From the NCBI GenBank assembly GCA_020891255.1, contig BQFW01000015.1, positions 2,738,633-2,802,632 of the forward strand: a DNA stretch of 64,000 nucleotides. The letters are read 5' to 3'. Positions 63,658 to 64,000 of this stretch are shown here, one piece after another. Both the position numbers and the translations under genes were made by a program. How positions within the stretch are numbered: the first letter of the stretch is position 1; every line of letters starts with the position of its first letter. The notes under the pieces were generated by a model. It worked only from the letters and a program-made list of their open reading frames with translations, did not search any database and had not been told where the DNA came from. The DNA comes from Entomortierella parvispora E1425. Taxonomy: Eukaryota > Fungi > Mortierellomycota.

Positions 63658-63858
63658 CGGGAGCAAAAGTAAACAAAAGGAACACGTAATAGTCCAGGAA
63701 GTCTAAGCCACATATTCTTCACATATTTCCTTTTTAGGACAAAACCAAAAACGCATCGTACGGTAGATCTGAACGGCGCAAACAATGCACAGACGCTCCA
63801 GGACGTCATTAAACTGTTCAAATACGCGAGTTTAGGGCGAATAAACCCTAAAATCAGG

Positions 63859-64000
63859 TTTAGGGTTTTTTAGGGTTTTTTTAGGGTTTTTTAGGGTTTT
63901 TTAGGGTTTTTTAGGGTTTTTTAGGGTTTTTTAGGGTTTTTTAGGGTTTTTTAGGGTTTTTTAGGGTTTTTTAGGGTTTTTTAGGGTTTTAGGGTTTTTA
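63859..64000 (+). repeat. Telomeric repeat array, unit TTTTTTAGGG (T6AG3)
   Basis: 11 perfect T6AG3 units plus T3AG3, T7AG3 and T4AG3 variants run to the end of the window. The G-rich strand points 5'->3' toward the end, as expected for a right chromosome end. Confidence 0.95.

Overview
Right-hand end of a chromosome from an intron-rich fungus. Gene content, GT/GC-AG intron style and the telomere motif fit an early-diverging lineage such as Mortierellaceae/Mucoromycota; this assignment is inference. Bases 1 to about 51.6 kb are a dense run of about 25 conserved genes: PiT phosphate transporter, 14-3-3, methyltransferase, G3BP/Nxt3, Ariadne E3 ligase, RRG8-like, BCL7-like, HIS3, Gfo/Idh/MocA oxidoreductase, RAD51C, ELP5, dipeptidyl peptidase, PAC3, BCAT, RXT3, H2A/H2B, RPL28, cornichon, GMF, H3/H4, GRX3, USE1, SCAP, MGR2 and WDR26. 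From about 52 kb to the end lies a roughly 12 kb subtelomere. It holds a secreted DPBB/expansin-like protein, an adenosine kinase pseudogene, another decayed ORF region, an intact acidic plectasin-type defensin gene, an 18-bp minisatellite, a lone Pol III B-box and a terminal (TTTTTTAGGG)n telomere. Best leads: the anionic defensin, a hairpin array with H/ACA-like boxes in the long RPL28 intron, a BCL7-like gene visible only after splicing, the T6AG3 telomere, and a tandem motif shared by both histone promoters. Exon structures were reconstructed by eye and family names come from recalled motifs, not database searches.
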